NCBI GenBank assembly: GCA_035367155.1
Contig: DAOSJI010000004.1
Coordinates: forward strand, 1-62,401
DNA: 62,401 bases
Source: Bacilli bacterium
GTDB lineage: Bacteria > Bacillota_I > Bacilli_A > RFN20 > CAG-826
Direction of reading: 5' to 3'
The position numbers and the translations under genes were made by a program. Below are positions 52,842 through 59,983 of this stretch, piece by piece. The stretch's first letter is position 1. The number at the start of each line of letters is the position of its first letter. The notes under the pieces are model-generated. The model had not been told where the DNA came from, searched no databases, and was given only the letters and a program-made list of their open reading frames with translations.

Positions 52842-53567
52842 ATGAAAACAATATATGAAACTAAGTATAAAGTCACAACGAACATGCGTGACAAAAAAGG
52901 CAATCTTGCTTTAGATAGTATTCTTGATTTATTTCAAGATATTGCAGGATTACATGCTGATGAACTAGGAAGCGCCGATACTCAAATGAAGCAAATTGGT
53001 ATTTATTGGGTTATTTCTAGAACTGAAATTGATATTCTTGGTGACACTTCGCATGTTAATGTGGCTCATGTATCAACATGGCCTCAAAAGCCCAAGAGAT
53101 TTCTATGTGAAAGACAATACTCATTAAAAGATGAGGACGGAAACTTACTTGTAATGGGTCGCTCATACTGGGTATTACTTTCAATAGAAACTCAACAACT
53201 TCAACCTAGTAGTGTATTTTCATACCCCTTAGATACTTTCTATGAAGATAACTTTTATAGTGATCGCCCGTACAAAAATGCAAAAGTAGTAGACAACAAT
53301 AATGAACTGCTCGTAAAAGAAATTAAGATTCCACGCCGCTTTATTGATAAAAACGGGCACTTGAATAATACAAGATATACTGAGTTAATGTATAACTGTT
53401 TAAGCGATGATGATAATATAAAAATCGCTACTTTCTATTATCATGAGCAAGTTAAAGAAGGCCAAGAACTAAAATTTTACCGACTTGATGAAGATAATAA
53501 AGTTCATTTTACAGCTTATGTAAATGACAAGGTTGTTTTTAAGACAATCCTTGAACTAGAAAAATAG
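52842..53567 (+). CDS. acyl-ACP thioesterase family protein
   Basis: Double hot-dog length (241 aa). The N-terminal pattern YKVTTNMRDKKGNLALDSILDLFQDIAGLHA is typical of Acyl-ACP_TE. Confidence 0.6.
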   Translation: MKTIYETKYKVTTNMRDKKGNLALDSILDLFQDIAGLHADELGSADTQMKQIGIYWVISRTEIDILGDTSHVNVAHVSTWPQKPKRFLCERQYSLKDEDGNLLVMGRSYWVLLSIETQQLQPSSVFSYPLDTFYEDNFYSDRPYKNAKVVDNNNELLVKEIKIPRRFIDKNGHLNNTRYTELMYNCLSDDDNIKIATFYYHEQVKEGQELKFYRLDEDNKVHFTAYVNDKVVFKTILELEK

Positions 53568-53575
53568 ATAGTAGT

Positions 53576-53651
53576 GCGCTCGTAGCTCAGGGGATAGAGC
53601 ACTACCCTCCGAAGGTAGGGGTCGAACGTTCAATTCGTTTCGAGCGCGCCA
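53576..53651 (+). tRNA. tRNA-Arg (anticodon CCG)
   Basis: Acceptor GCGCTCG/CGAGCGC, anticodon arm CTACC-CTCCGAA-GGTAG, encoded CCA. Terminator GGAGA-TAAG-TCTCC plus a T run follows. Confidence 0.9.
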
Positions 53652-53796
53652 ATTATATAAGAAGGGAGATAAGTCTCCTTTTTTATATTAAAAGCAAGTT
53701 TGAGCATTAACAAAGGTTAAAAATGTAAATTATGTTATATTAAGGTTGAATCTACAAAATTAGGTAGAAAAAAAGAAAAATAAAGGAGATTAAATT

Positions 53797-54474
53797 ATGG
53801 AAGAAAACATTACAAAAATGCCCTTAATTGGCGAAAAAGCCCCTGCTTTTACAGCAGTTACAACGCAAGGAACAATTAATTTCCCTGCTGATTATGAAGG
53901 AAAATGGGTTATTCTATTTTCTCACCCAGCTGACTTTACCCCAGTTTGTACAACTGAATTTATGACTTTTGCATCTTTAGAAAAAGAATTCAAAGCTTTA
54001 AATACAGAACTTATTGGTTTATCAGTCGACTCCCTATATGCCCATATAGCGTGGCTTCGTAAAATTCAAGAACTTGAATGGAACGGCCACAAAAACTTAG
54101 AAGTAAAGTTCCCTCTTATTGAAGACATTACGATGAATGTAGCAAAAAAATATGGAATGATTCAACCAAATCAATCAACCACTCAAGCTGTACGTGCTGT
54201 CTTTATTATCGATCCAAAAGGAATTATTAGAACGATTCTTTACTATCCAATCTCAACTGGACGTAATTTTGATGAATTACTCCGTCTTATCCAAGCTCTT
54301 CAAAAAGCTGATAAAGACAACGTTGCAACCCCCGCTGATTGGAGACCAGGAGATGACACCATTATTCCAACTGCAGGATCATGTGGAACTGCAAAAGAAA
54401 GAATGGAAGATAAGTCTGATGATAAGTATTGTTTAGACTGGTTCCTTTGCTTTAAACGAGAAAAGAAAAAATAG
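53797..54474 (+). CDS. peroxiredoxin (Prx6/1-Cys-like)
   Basis: Peroxidatic Cys motif HPADFTPVCTTE. AAGGAG RBS. Confidence 0.85.
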   Translation: MEENITKMPLIGEKAPAFTAVTTQGTINFPADYEGKWVILFSHPADFTPVCTTEFMTFASLEKEFKALNTELIGLSVDSLYAHIAWLRKIQELEWNGHKNLEVKFPLIEDITMNVAKKYGMIQPNQSTTQAVRAVFIIDPKGIIRTILYYPISTGRNFDELLRLIQALQKADKDNVATPADWRPGDDTIIPTAGSCGTAKERMEDKSDDKYCLDWFLCFKREKKK

Positions 54475-54574
54475 AATATCTTATTTTCTATCTAGTAAGC
54501 ACACTAAATTGTGTGCTTTTTTTCTTTTCAATTTTATTACGGTAAAGATATAATAAAAGCAAGAGGTAATTATT

Positions 54575-57500
54575 ATGAGAAAATCAAAAAACAAAAACAT
54601 TAGAAGATTTTTCTTAGGTGCAATTTTCGCCTCGCTTAGTTTCTCCTTCTTATTAGGAGTTAACACGAAACGAGAAGTTCGTGTTGGCGACATCACTTCT
54701 GATGTCGGAATAGTGTACCAAATTGGTGTTGAAGATGTAGGACGTACAAGGGTTCAACCATTTGTAACTCCAACCGATACAGAGTATAACACCCAAAAAA
54801 CATATTCCATGAACAATGTTGGAAACATTGAAGCAACTTGGGATTATTACACTGGTGAAGATGTCCTAATTGCAATTATTGACAGTGGAATTGTCTATAA
54901 TCATGAAGATTTTTATGATTCACTTGGCAACTCAATTTTAAGTAATGATTCAGGTTATATTTATACTGACTTTGAAGCTCAACAGATTAAAATTAAATAC
55001 GCTACAAGTGATAATTGGGATTGTATGAAACATGATTATGATTCTTATTGGTCTGAGTGGGATACACATGGTTCTAACGTCGCTGGAAGTGCAGCTGCTG
55101 CACTAAATAATGTTGGAACCGTTGGAATTGCTCCAAAAGCAAAAATTCTTGCTCTTAAAATAGACTTTTATTTATCTTCGGTCGGTGCTGCAATTCAATA
55201 TGCAGCAGACTGCGGCGCTGATGTTATTAACCTTTCACTTGGTGCATATGATAGTGGCGATCCAGGTCCAAATGGCGGAGGTGATGGTGTCGCAACTTAT
55301 CTTGCAGATGTTATTGATTATGCTCGTAATACAAAAGGATCAATCGTTATTGCTGCAGCAGGAAATGAAAATACAAGTGCAAGAAGTTATCCTGCTTGTA
55401 ATGATGGAGTAATTGGCGTTGGTGCTCTTTATAAAAACAGTAGTACAAATAGAGCCAGTTTCTCAAATTTCAATAAATCTAATACTCCGAGTGTTAACGA
55501 TAATGTTGATTTAATGGCACCAGGCTATGTTTGGGCTGCGGGCTTAGAAGGTACTCAACTTGACAATCCTTCAACAACTTATCCAGATCCAGGTTATAGT
55601 GCTACACAAGGAACATCATTTGCTTCCCCAATTGTTGCAGGTGCTGCTGCTCTTTGGAAAGAAAAGCATCCAACAGGCACACCTGATCAATTTGAAACAG
55701 CCCTATATGATAGTGTTGTTCCATTATCTGGCTTTCAATATTACGGAAGAGGTCGTTTAGATGTATATGAACTTCTTGATATTGCAAATGAAGGTGCACC
55801 TACATTAAGTGTAGAAGAACTAAACCTAACTCCAACTTCAAGTCCAGTTACAGTTACTGCAACATCAACTACTTCAACTATTAAAAGTTGGTCAACATCT
55901 GATACAGGTGTATTTACTTTTAGCAACGTTACTGGATTAGATACTGCATCAAGTAGCGCAAAAGTAAATGTTGTCGGCGAAGGAAATGCTACATTAACCG
56001 TAACTGATCATCTTAATAGAACGACATCTATTCCTGTTATTGTTGCGACTCCGCAACTTAACCACACGATTACTTTTAAACAAAATGCAAGTGATGGATC
56101 AACGGCTTTAGTAAATCAAGATGATTTTCTTGCTGAGGTTACGAGTGGAGCAAATATTATTAGCTCAGTAACTAATGTTTCAAGAGTATATGCTGGTCAA
56201 CAAGGTCTAAAACTATCAAGTGGAAGTGGTAACGGACAGTTTACTTTAAACTTAGATCAAAGTTATACAATTACAAAAGTTGTTCTAAGTGCTGCTCAAT
56301 ATGGTACTGAAGCATCTACTTTAGCTGTAAATGGTGGAACCGCTCAATCTATTAACGGTAATACTCTAACTGACTATACTTTTAATTTTGATGGAACAGC
56401 AATATCCTCAATTACGATTAATGCTTACAAGCGTAATTACATAGGAGGAATTACTCTTCACTTTGGCGCTGCCTTAACGCCTACTGTAACAAGCGTAACG
56501 GTAACACCATCGACTTTAGCACTTGATTTATATAGTAATCCATCGTCTACTTTAAGCGCTACAGTTAACGGAACTAATAATCCTAGCCAAGAAGTAACTT
56601 GGTCTAGTAGTGATGCTACAACAGCAACTGTAAGTAGTAGTGGCCTTGTTACGGCTTTAAAAACTGGAACAGTAACAATAACTGCTACATCAGTTCAAGA
56701 TACAAGCAAAAGTGGCACATGTGATGTAACTATTTCAGATACAACCCCACCTGCACCAACTAACATCTTGACGCAGGATTCTCCATATATGAATGGCGTT
56801 GCTTATAAGATGTATTTCTATAATACAAGTAAAGCAAGTGAGTATTATTTCACTGGTACTATGAATGGTTATTATGGTGCAACTTCAACAGTAAAAAGTG
56901 CTGGTGTTAATGTTTTCTTCGAAGAAAGTGGAACTGGTCAAAACATCTATTTTATGAATAGCGGCGTTAAAAACTATTTCTATGTTGAGGATACTGGAAC
57001 TCATATTAACTTTAAGTTTGGAACCGCAGTTCCTACTACAACTTGGACATATTATAGTACTCGTAATGTTATAGCATATGAAATAGCAAGCGTACTCTAT
57101 ACCTTTGGAACGCACGGAACATATACAACTTTTGCAGCCTTTAAGATTGAACAATATCCTGATAACTATAAAGTTCAATTCGTTACGACAAATCAAAGTA
57201 GTGCTACCGATTATGCTAATGCGTTCTCAAAATACTTAACTTGTGATGCAACTGGTAATAGCACTCCTACATTTACAAGTCCAAAATCTTGGAATGTTTA
57301 TAAATTAGCCTTTGATAGTCTAGATCAAAGTGCTAAAACAGTTCTAGTTAATGCAACGGCTAATCCAGCAGGAACAGAAGTAGAAAAAGCAATGGCCCGC
57401 TATGACTATATCGTTGCTAAGTATGGTACTGCTACATATATTGACTTTATTGGAAGAGCACCAAGTTCTCCAGTTAACTTTAAGGTATTTGCTTATAATA

Positions 57501-57598
57501 AAAATCAACTAATTTATATTATTGTCTTTACCTTAGTTGCTTCTATTGCCTTTGCAGGTTATATAGGTACTAGAAGTAAACAAAAGAAAACCTACTAA
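54575..57598 (+). CDS. cell-surface S8 (subtilisin-family) serine peptidase with Big_2 Ig-like domain(s) and a C-terminal TM anchor
   Basis: Catalytic triad motifs IAIIDSGI (Asp), HGSNVAGSAAA (His) and GTSFASPIVAGAAAL (Ser). Big_2-like VTVTPSTLALDL...VTWSSSDATTATVSSSGLVTALKTGTVTITATS. C-terminal helix IIVFTLVASIAFAGYIG followed by basic residues. Confidence 0.85.
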   Translation: MRKSKNKNIRRFFLGAIFASLSFSFLLGVNTKREVRVGDITSDVGIVYQIGVEDVGRTRVQPFVTPTDTEYNTQKTYSMNNVGNIEATWDYYTGEDVLIAIIDSGIVYNHEDFYDSLGNSILSNDSGYIYTDFEAQQIKIKYATSDNWDCMKHDYDSYWSEWDTHGSNVAGSAAAALNNVGTVGIAPKAKILALKIDFYLSSVGAAIQYAADCGADVINLSLGAYDSGDPGPNGGGDGVATYLADVIDYARNTKGSIVIAAAGNENTSARSYPACNDGVIGVGALYKNSSTNRASFSNFNKSNTPSVNDNVDLMAPGYVWAAGLEGTQLDNPSTTYPDPGYSATQGTSFASPIVAGAAALWKEKHPTGTPDQFETALYDSVVPLSGFQYYGRGRLDVYELLDIANEGAPTLSVEELNLTPTSSPVTVTATSTTSTIKSWSTSDTGVFTFSNVTGLDTASSSAKVNVVGEGNATLTVTDHLNRTTSIPVIVATPQLNHTITFKQNASDGSTALVNQDDFLAEVTSGANIISSVTNVSRVYAGQQGLKLSSGSGNGQFTLNLDQSYTITKVVLSAAQYGTEASTLAVNGGTAQSINGNTLTDYTFNFDGTAISSITINAYKRNYIGGITLHFGAALTPTVTSVTVTPSTLALDLYSNPSSTLSATVNGTNNPSQEVTWSSSDATTATVSSSGLVTALKTGTVTITATSVQDTSKSGTCDVTISDTTPPAPTNILTQDSPYMNGVAYKMYFYNTSKASEYYFTGTMNGYYGATSTVKSAGVNVFFEESGTGQNIYFMNSGVKNYFYVEDTGTHINFKFGTAVPTTTWTYYSTRNVIAYEIASVLYTFGTHGTYTTFAAFKIEQYPDNYKVQFVTTNQSSATDYANAFSKYLTCDATGNSTPTFTSPKSWNVYKLAFDSLDQSAKTVLVNATANPAGTEVEKAMARYDYIVAKYGTATYIDFIGRAPSSPVNFKVFAYNKNQLIYIIVFTLVASIAFAGYIGTRSKQKKTY

Positions 57599-57728
57599 AT
57601 TAAATAAGTGCGATTTTGCTAAACAAAAAGCAAATCGCACTTTTTTTATGCAAAAATGATTTTAATTTCATTTTTGCTAAATAATATTTAATTGTAAAGT
57701 TTAAATATTTTTACTATAATTTTGTAGC

Positions 57729-57815
57729 GCCCTCGTGGTGAAATTGGTAAACGCGGTGGACTCAAAATCCACTGGTAGCGATACCTTGCCGGTTCGAGTC
57801 CGGCCGAGGGCACCA
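57729..57815 (+). tRNA. tRNA-Leu (anticodon CAA), class II
   Basis: Acceptor GCCCTCG/CGAGGGC, anticodon arm GTGGA-CTCAAAA-TCCAC, long variable arm, encoded CCA. Promoter TTGTAA, 17 nt spacer, TATAAT upstream. Confidence 0.9.
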
Positions 57816-57870
57816 TTGTATAAATAAAACACTTTTAATATATATATTAATTTGATATATTATTATCGCT

Positions 57871-57946
57871 GCCGACTTAGCTCAATTGGTAGAGCAACTG
57901 AATCGTAATCAGTAGGTTGGGGGTTCAAGTCCTCTAGTCGGCACCA
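57871..57946 (+). tRNA. tRNA-Thr (anticodon CGU)
   Basis: Acceptor GCCGACT/AGTCGGC, anticodon arm ACTGA-ATCGTAA-TCAGT, encoded CCA. Confidence 0.9.
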
Positions 57947-57958
57947 TATAGAAAGAAT

Positions 57959-57986
57959 AGCCCAAAATATTGGGCTTTTCATTTTA
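57959..57986 (+). terminator. intrinsic terminator after tRNA-Thr; left boundary of the ncRNA array
   Basis: AGCCCAA-AATA-TTGGGCT followed by TTTTCATTTT. Confidence 0.75.
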
Positions 57987-58029
57987 TTAACAGATTAACT
58001 TGGGCTATCTAGGATTATTAAATAATTAT

Positions 58030-58112
58030 AAAAAAATGAGGTAAGCGACCCGATAAATCGTTCCTAGCAAACCTCACACTAATATAATAAACGATTATGT
58101 ATAATTAGTCAA
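58030..58112 (-). ncRNA. array unit A1 (family A): promoter plus an approximately 48-nt hairpin RNA
   Basis: Minus strand: TTGACT (58112-58107), 17 nt spacer, TATTAT (58089-58084). The RNA GUGAGGU...ACCUCAU plus U7 starts about at +1. Confidence 0.55.
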
Positions 58113-58215
58113 AAAAAGTGAGAACCAGTCACCCAATTCTCAAGCCGTAGCTGGACACACATGAATTATCATGCAACCCCACAAATGTATTTAAGCATTT
58201 ATCAATTAAAGTCAA
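58111..58215 (-). ncRNA. array unit B1 (family B): approximately 70-nt small RNA
   Basis: TTGACT (58215-58210), 16 nt spacer, TAAATA. RNA: GGGGUUGCAUGAUAAUUCAUGUGUGUCCAGCUACGGCUUGAGAAUUGGGUGACUGGUUCUCAC plus U7. Its U-tract overlaps the -35 of A1. Confidence 0.6.
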
Positions 58216-58232
58216 TAAAAATATAAATTATT

Positions 58233-58336
58233 AAAAAAGAACATGATAGTGACAGAGCAAATGCTCCGAATATGTTCCTAAAAGGAATGAGTATCATGTT
58301 CATTTGTAAAATAAGCTATTTACACATAATTGTCAA
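58233..58336 (-). ncRNA. array unit C1 (family C): approximately 70-nt three-way-junction RNA
   Basis: TTGACA (58336-58331), 17 nt spacer, TATTTT. A 10-bp closing stem GAACAUGAUA/UAUCAUGUUC encloses the hairpins UUCCU-UUU-AGGAA and GGAGC-AUUU-GCUCU. A U6 tail follows. Confidence 0.6.
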
Positions 58337-58359
58337 GCAAAAAAGGAGTAAATAGATAT

Positions 58360-58463
58360 AAAAAAAGTGAGAACCAGTCACCCGATTCTCTTGGTGTAGT
58401 CAGACACACATGAATTACCACATCGCCCGTTAGCAAACTAAACCACGTAACAATAAATGTCAA
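58360..58463 (-). ncRNA. array unit B2 (family B variant)
   Basis: TTGACA (58463-58458), 17 nt spacer, TAGTTT. The 3' half ...UAAUUCAUGUGUGUCUGACUACACCAAGAGAAUCGGGUGACUGGUUCUCAC plus U7 is shared with B1, B3 and B4. Confidence 0.6.
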
Positions 58464-58464
58464 G

Positions 58465-58541
58465 AAAAATAAAGGCGGAGATAAACTCCGCTTGACGAAT
58501 GTGGTTACTGAGAATTCCATAGTTACCGCATAAATATAATA
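58465..58541 (-). ncRNA. array unit D1 (family D): approximately 65-nt RNA
   Basis: -10-like TATTAT (58541-58536) with no clear -35. RNA: GCGGUAAC...GUAACCAC hairpin, then terminator GCGGAG-UUUAU-CUCCGC plus UUUAUUUUU. Confidence 0.45.
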
Positions 58542-58563
58542 GTATATATTTTTAAAAATAAAT

Positions 58564-58765
58564 AAAAAATAGGCATTTCAGCCTATTATCGTAGGTTTTG
58601 AGTACACCATGCTTATCCCTGACACCTACAAACTACCGGGGCAACCGCGAATTAATAATGGCTGAAGCCTTACTACAGTGGTACTCCCTTCTGTAACCTT
58701 CTTAACGCACACCAGCAAGATTTCTCTTGCTCATATATTATTTATAAATATATTAAAATAGTCAA
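58564..58765 (-). ncRNA. array unit E1 (family E): approximately 170-nt structured RNA
   Basis: TTGACT (58765-58760), 17 nt spacer, AATAAT. 5' hairpin GCAAGA-GAAA-UCUUGC. Internal helices are supported by compensatory changes against E2a. Terminator AUAGGC-UGAAAU-GCCUAU plus U6. Confidence 0.65.
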
Positions 58766-58774
58766 TTATTTTAT

Positions 58775-59000
58775 AAAAAATAGGTCTGATTTCTCACTCA
58801 GACCTGGGTGATGCGCCAACCCCGTTATCTCCGTGCTTATAAAAGTGAGGGAGGCGGTTTTAACTCTTCTCATAGTGGATGGCATGCCCTTTTACATTCC
58901 TAGCTTTACATGACGGCATCAATGGTCAACACATTATGGGCAAGAATGGCAAGATTTCTCTTGCATTTATATTATTAATTAAACAATTATAAAAATCTAA
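58775..59000 (-). ncRNA. array unit F1 (family F): approximately 190-nt structured RNA
   Basis: Same 5' hairpin GCAAGA-GAAA-UCUUGC as family E. Terminator AGGUCUGA-GUGAGAAA-UCAGACCU plus AU6. -10 AATAAT with a weak -35 (TTAGAT). Confidence 0.55.
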
Positions 59001-59001
59001 T

Positions 59002-59167
59002 AAAAAATAGGCATTTCAGCCTATTAAGCGTAGGTTCTGACGAAAATGTCTACCCTGACACCTACAAACTAACGGGGACACGCCGCGTATTATGGTCGAG
59101 GAGCTACAATAGTGTCGCCACATTCTATTACCCTCTATACGCCCAACCACCAAGATAACTCTTGGAA
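59002..59167 (-). ncRNA. array unit E2a (family E, diverged copy; downstream half of a tandem dimer)
   Basis: 5' hairpin CCAAGA-GUUA-UCUUGG. Conserved core GUUAGUUUGUAGGUGUCAGGG. Terminator AUAGGC-UGAAAU-GCCUAU plus U6. No promoter of its own is recognisable. Confidence 0.6.
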
Positions 59168-59370
59168 CTAAGCATTTCAGCTTAATCTTTGTAGGTTTTG
59201 CAACCTTCAGCTTCCCTGAACTCCTACAAACTACTGGGACAGCTACTCCAGAATTCAAATTGGTCGAAGCCTTACTACAGGTCGATTGCCAACATCTGTA
59301 ACCTTCTTAACGGAAACCAGCAAGATTTCTCTTGCGTTTATATTGTTATTCGTAATTATAAAATTGTCAA
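59168..59370 (-). ncRNA. array unit E2b (family E, diverged copy; upstream half of a tandem dimer)
   Basis: TTGACA (59370-59365), 17 nt spacer, AACAAT. 5' hairpin GCAAGA-GAAA-UCUUGC. The 3' hairpin UAAGC-UGAAAU-GCUUA lacks a U-tract, so read-through into E2a is expected. Confidence 0.6.
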
Positions 59371-59378
59371 ATAAATAT

Positions 59379-59461
59379 AAAAAAATGAGGTAAGCGACCC
59401 GATAAATCGTTCCAAGCGAACCTCACACTAATATAATAAACGATTATGTATAATTAGTCAA
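59379..59461 (-). ncRNA. array unit A2 (family A)
   Basis: Copy of A1 with 2 substitutions inside the hairpin. TTGACT (59461-59456) and U7 terminator. Confidence 0.55.
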
Positions 59462-59564
59462 AAAAAGTGAGAACCAGTCACCCGATTCTCAATATGTAGT
59501 AAGGTACACATGAATAATCATGCAACCCCACAAATGTATTTAAGCATTTATCAATTAAAGTCAA
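59460..59564 (-). ncRNA. array unit B3 (family B)
   Basis: Same promoter, 5' part and terminator as B1. The central window differs at 8 of 13 positions (GUGUACCUUACUACAUAUUGAG against GUGUGUCCAGCUACGGCUUGAG). Confidence 0.6.
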
Positions 59565-59582
59565 TAAAAAATATAAATTATT

Positions 59583-59684
59583 AAAAAAGAACATGACATT
59601 GACCGAGTAACCTCCGAATGAGTTCCAATAAGGAACAAAAATCATGTTCAATTGAAAAATAAACTATTTACACATAATTGTCAA
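59583..59684 (-). ncRNA. array unit C2 (family C)
   Basis: TTGACA (59684-59679). Closing stem GAACAUGA/UCAUGUUC and hairpin GUUCC-UUAUU-GGAAC. Conserved AUUCGGAG. U6 tail. Confidence 0.6.
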
Positions 59685-59712
59685 GTAAAAAAGGAGTAAA
59701 TAGATATGTGAT

Positions 59713-59816
59713 AAAAAAAGTGAGAACCAGTCACCCGATTCTCTTGGTGTAGTCAGACACACATGAATTACCACATGGCCCACTAACAAACTAAACCATT
59801 TAAAAGTAAATGTCAA
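59713..59816 (-). ncRNA. array unit B4 (family B variant, copy of B2)
   Basis: TTGACA (59816-59811). The 3' two-thirds are identical to B2. The 5' segment differs (GUGGGCCAUGUGG against ACGGGCGAUGUGG). Confidence 0.6.
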
Positions 59817-59817
59817 G

Positions 59818-59982
59818 AAAAATAGCCTTACGAATAAGGCTATTCAGTGGCTAGTCTTTTAACGAAACCTACACCCGTACCGAACATTCTAGCCTGTGTT
59901 AGCGTCCTCTGGCCTAACCCCACTTTTTATCGTGCTTTTCACGGGATTAACTTTATTGTATTAAAAGAAAAGTAAATGTCAA
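59818..59982 (-). ncRNA. array unit X (single copy): approximately 130-nt multi-helix RNA
   Basis: TTGACA (59982-59977), 16 nt spacer, TACAAT (59960-59955). Helices CGUG-AAAAG-CACG, AGUGG/CCACU, GUUAG/CUAAC and GGCUAG/CUAGCC. Terminator AGCCUUA-UUCG-UAAGGCU plus AU5. Confidence 0.6.
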
Positions 59983-59983
59983 G

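Larger units (their letters stand above)
58030..59000 (-). repeat. segmental duplication, copy 1 (units A1-B1-C1-B2-D1-E1-F1)
   Basis: Colinear with 59379-60518. The D-E-F part (about 58465-58960) is near-identical to 59984-60480. The A-B-C part is clearly more diverged. Confidence 0.85.

Noticed and set aside
58564-58765. Family E read as a T-box leader or another known riboswitch. The plus strand shows GGGGCAACCGCGA, vaguely like the T-box GGGTGGTACCGCG. B-family CUACAC is vaguely like preQ1-I.
   Set aside because: The T-box-like string is on the wrong strand relative to the promoters and terminators, and it does not match well. There is no specifier or stem I features and no downstream gene. 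The preQ1 resemblance is limited to a few nucleotides.
58320-59258. Minus-strand ORFs 58320-58520 (66 aa) and 59016-59258 (80 aa) inside the repeat region.
   Set aside because: They have no RBS and run across predicted promoters and terminators. They are not preserved between the duplicated copies. The substitutions fit RNA-helix compensation, not codon structure.
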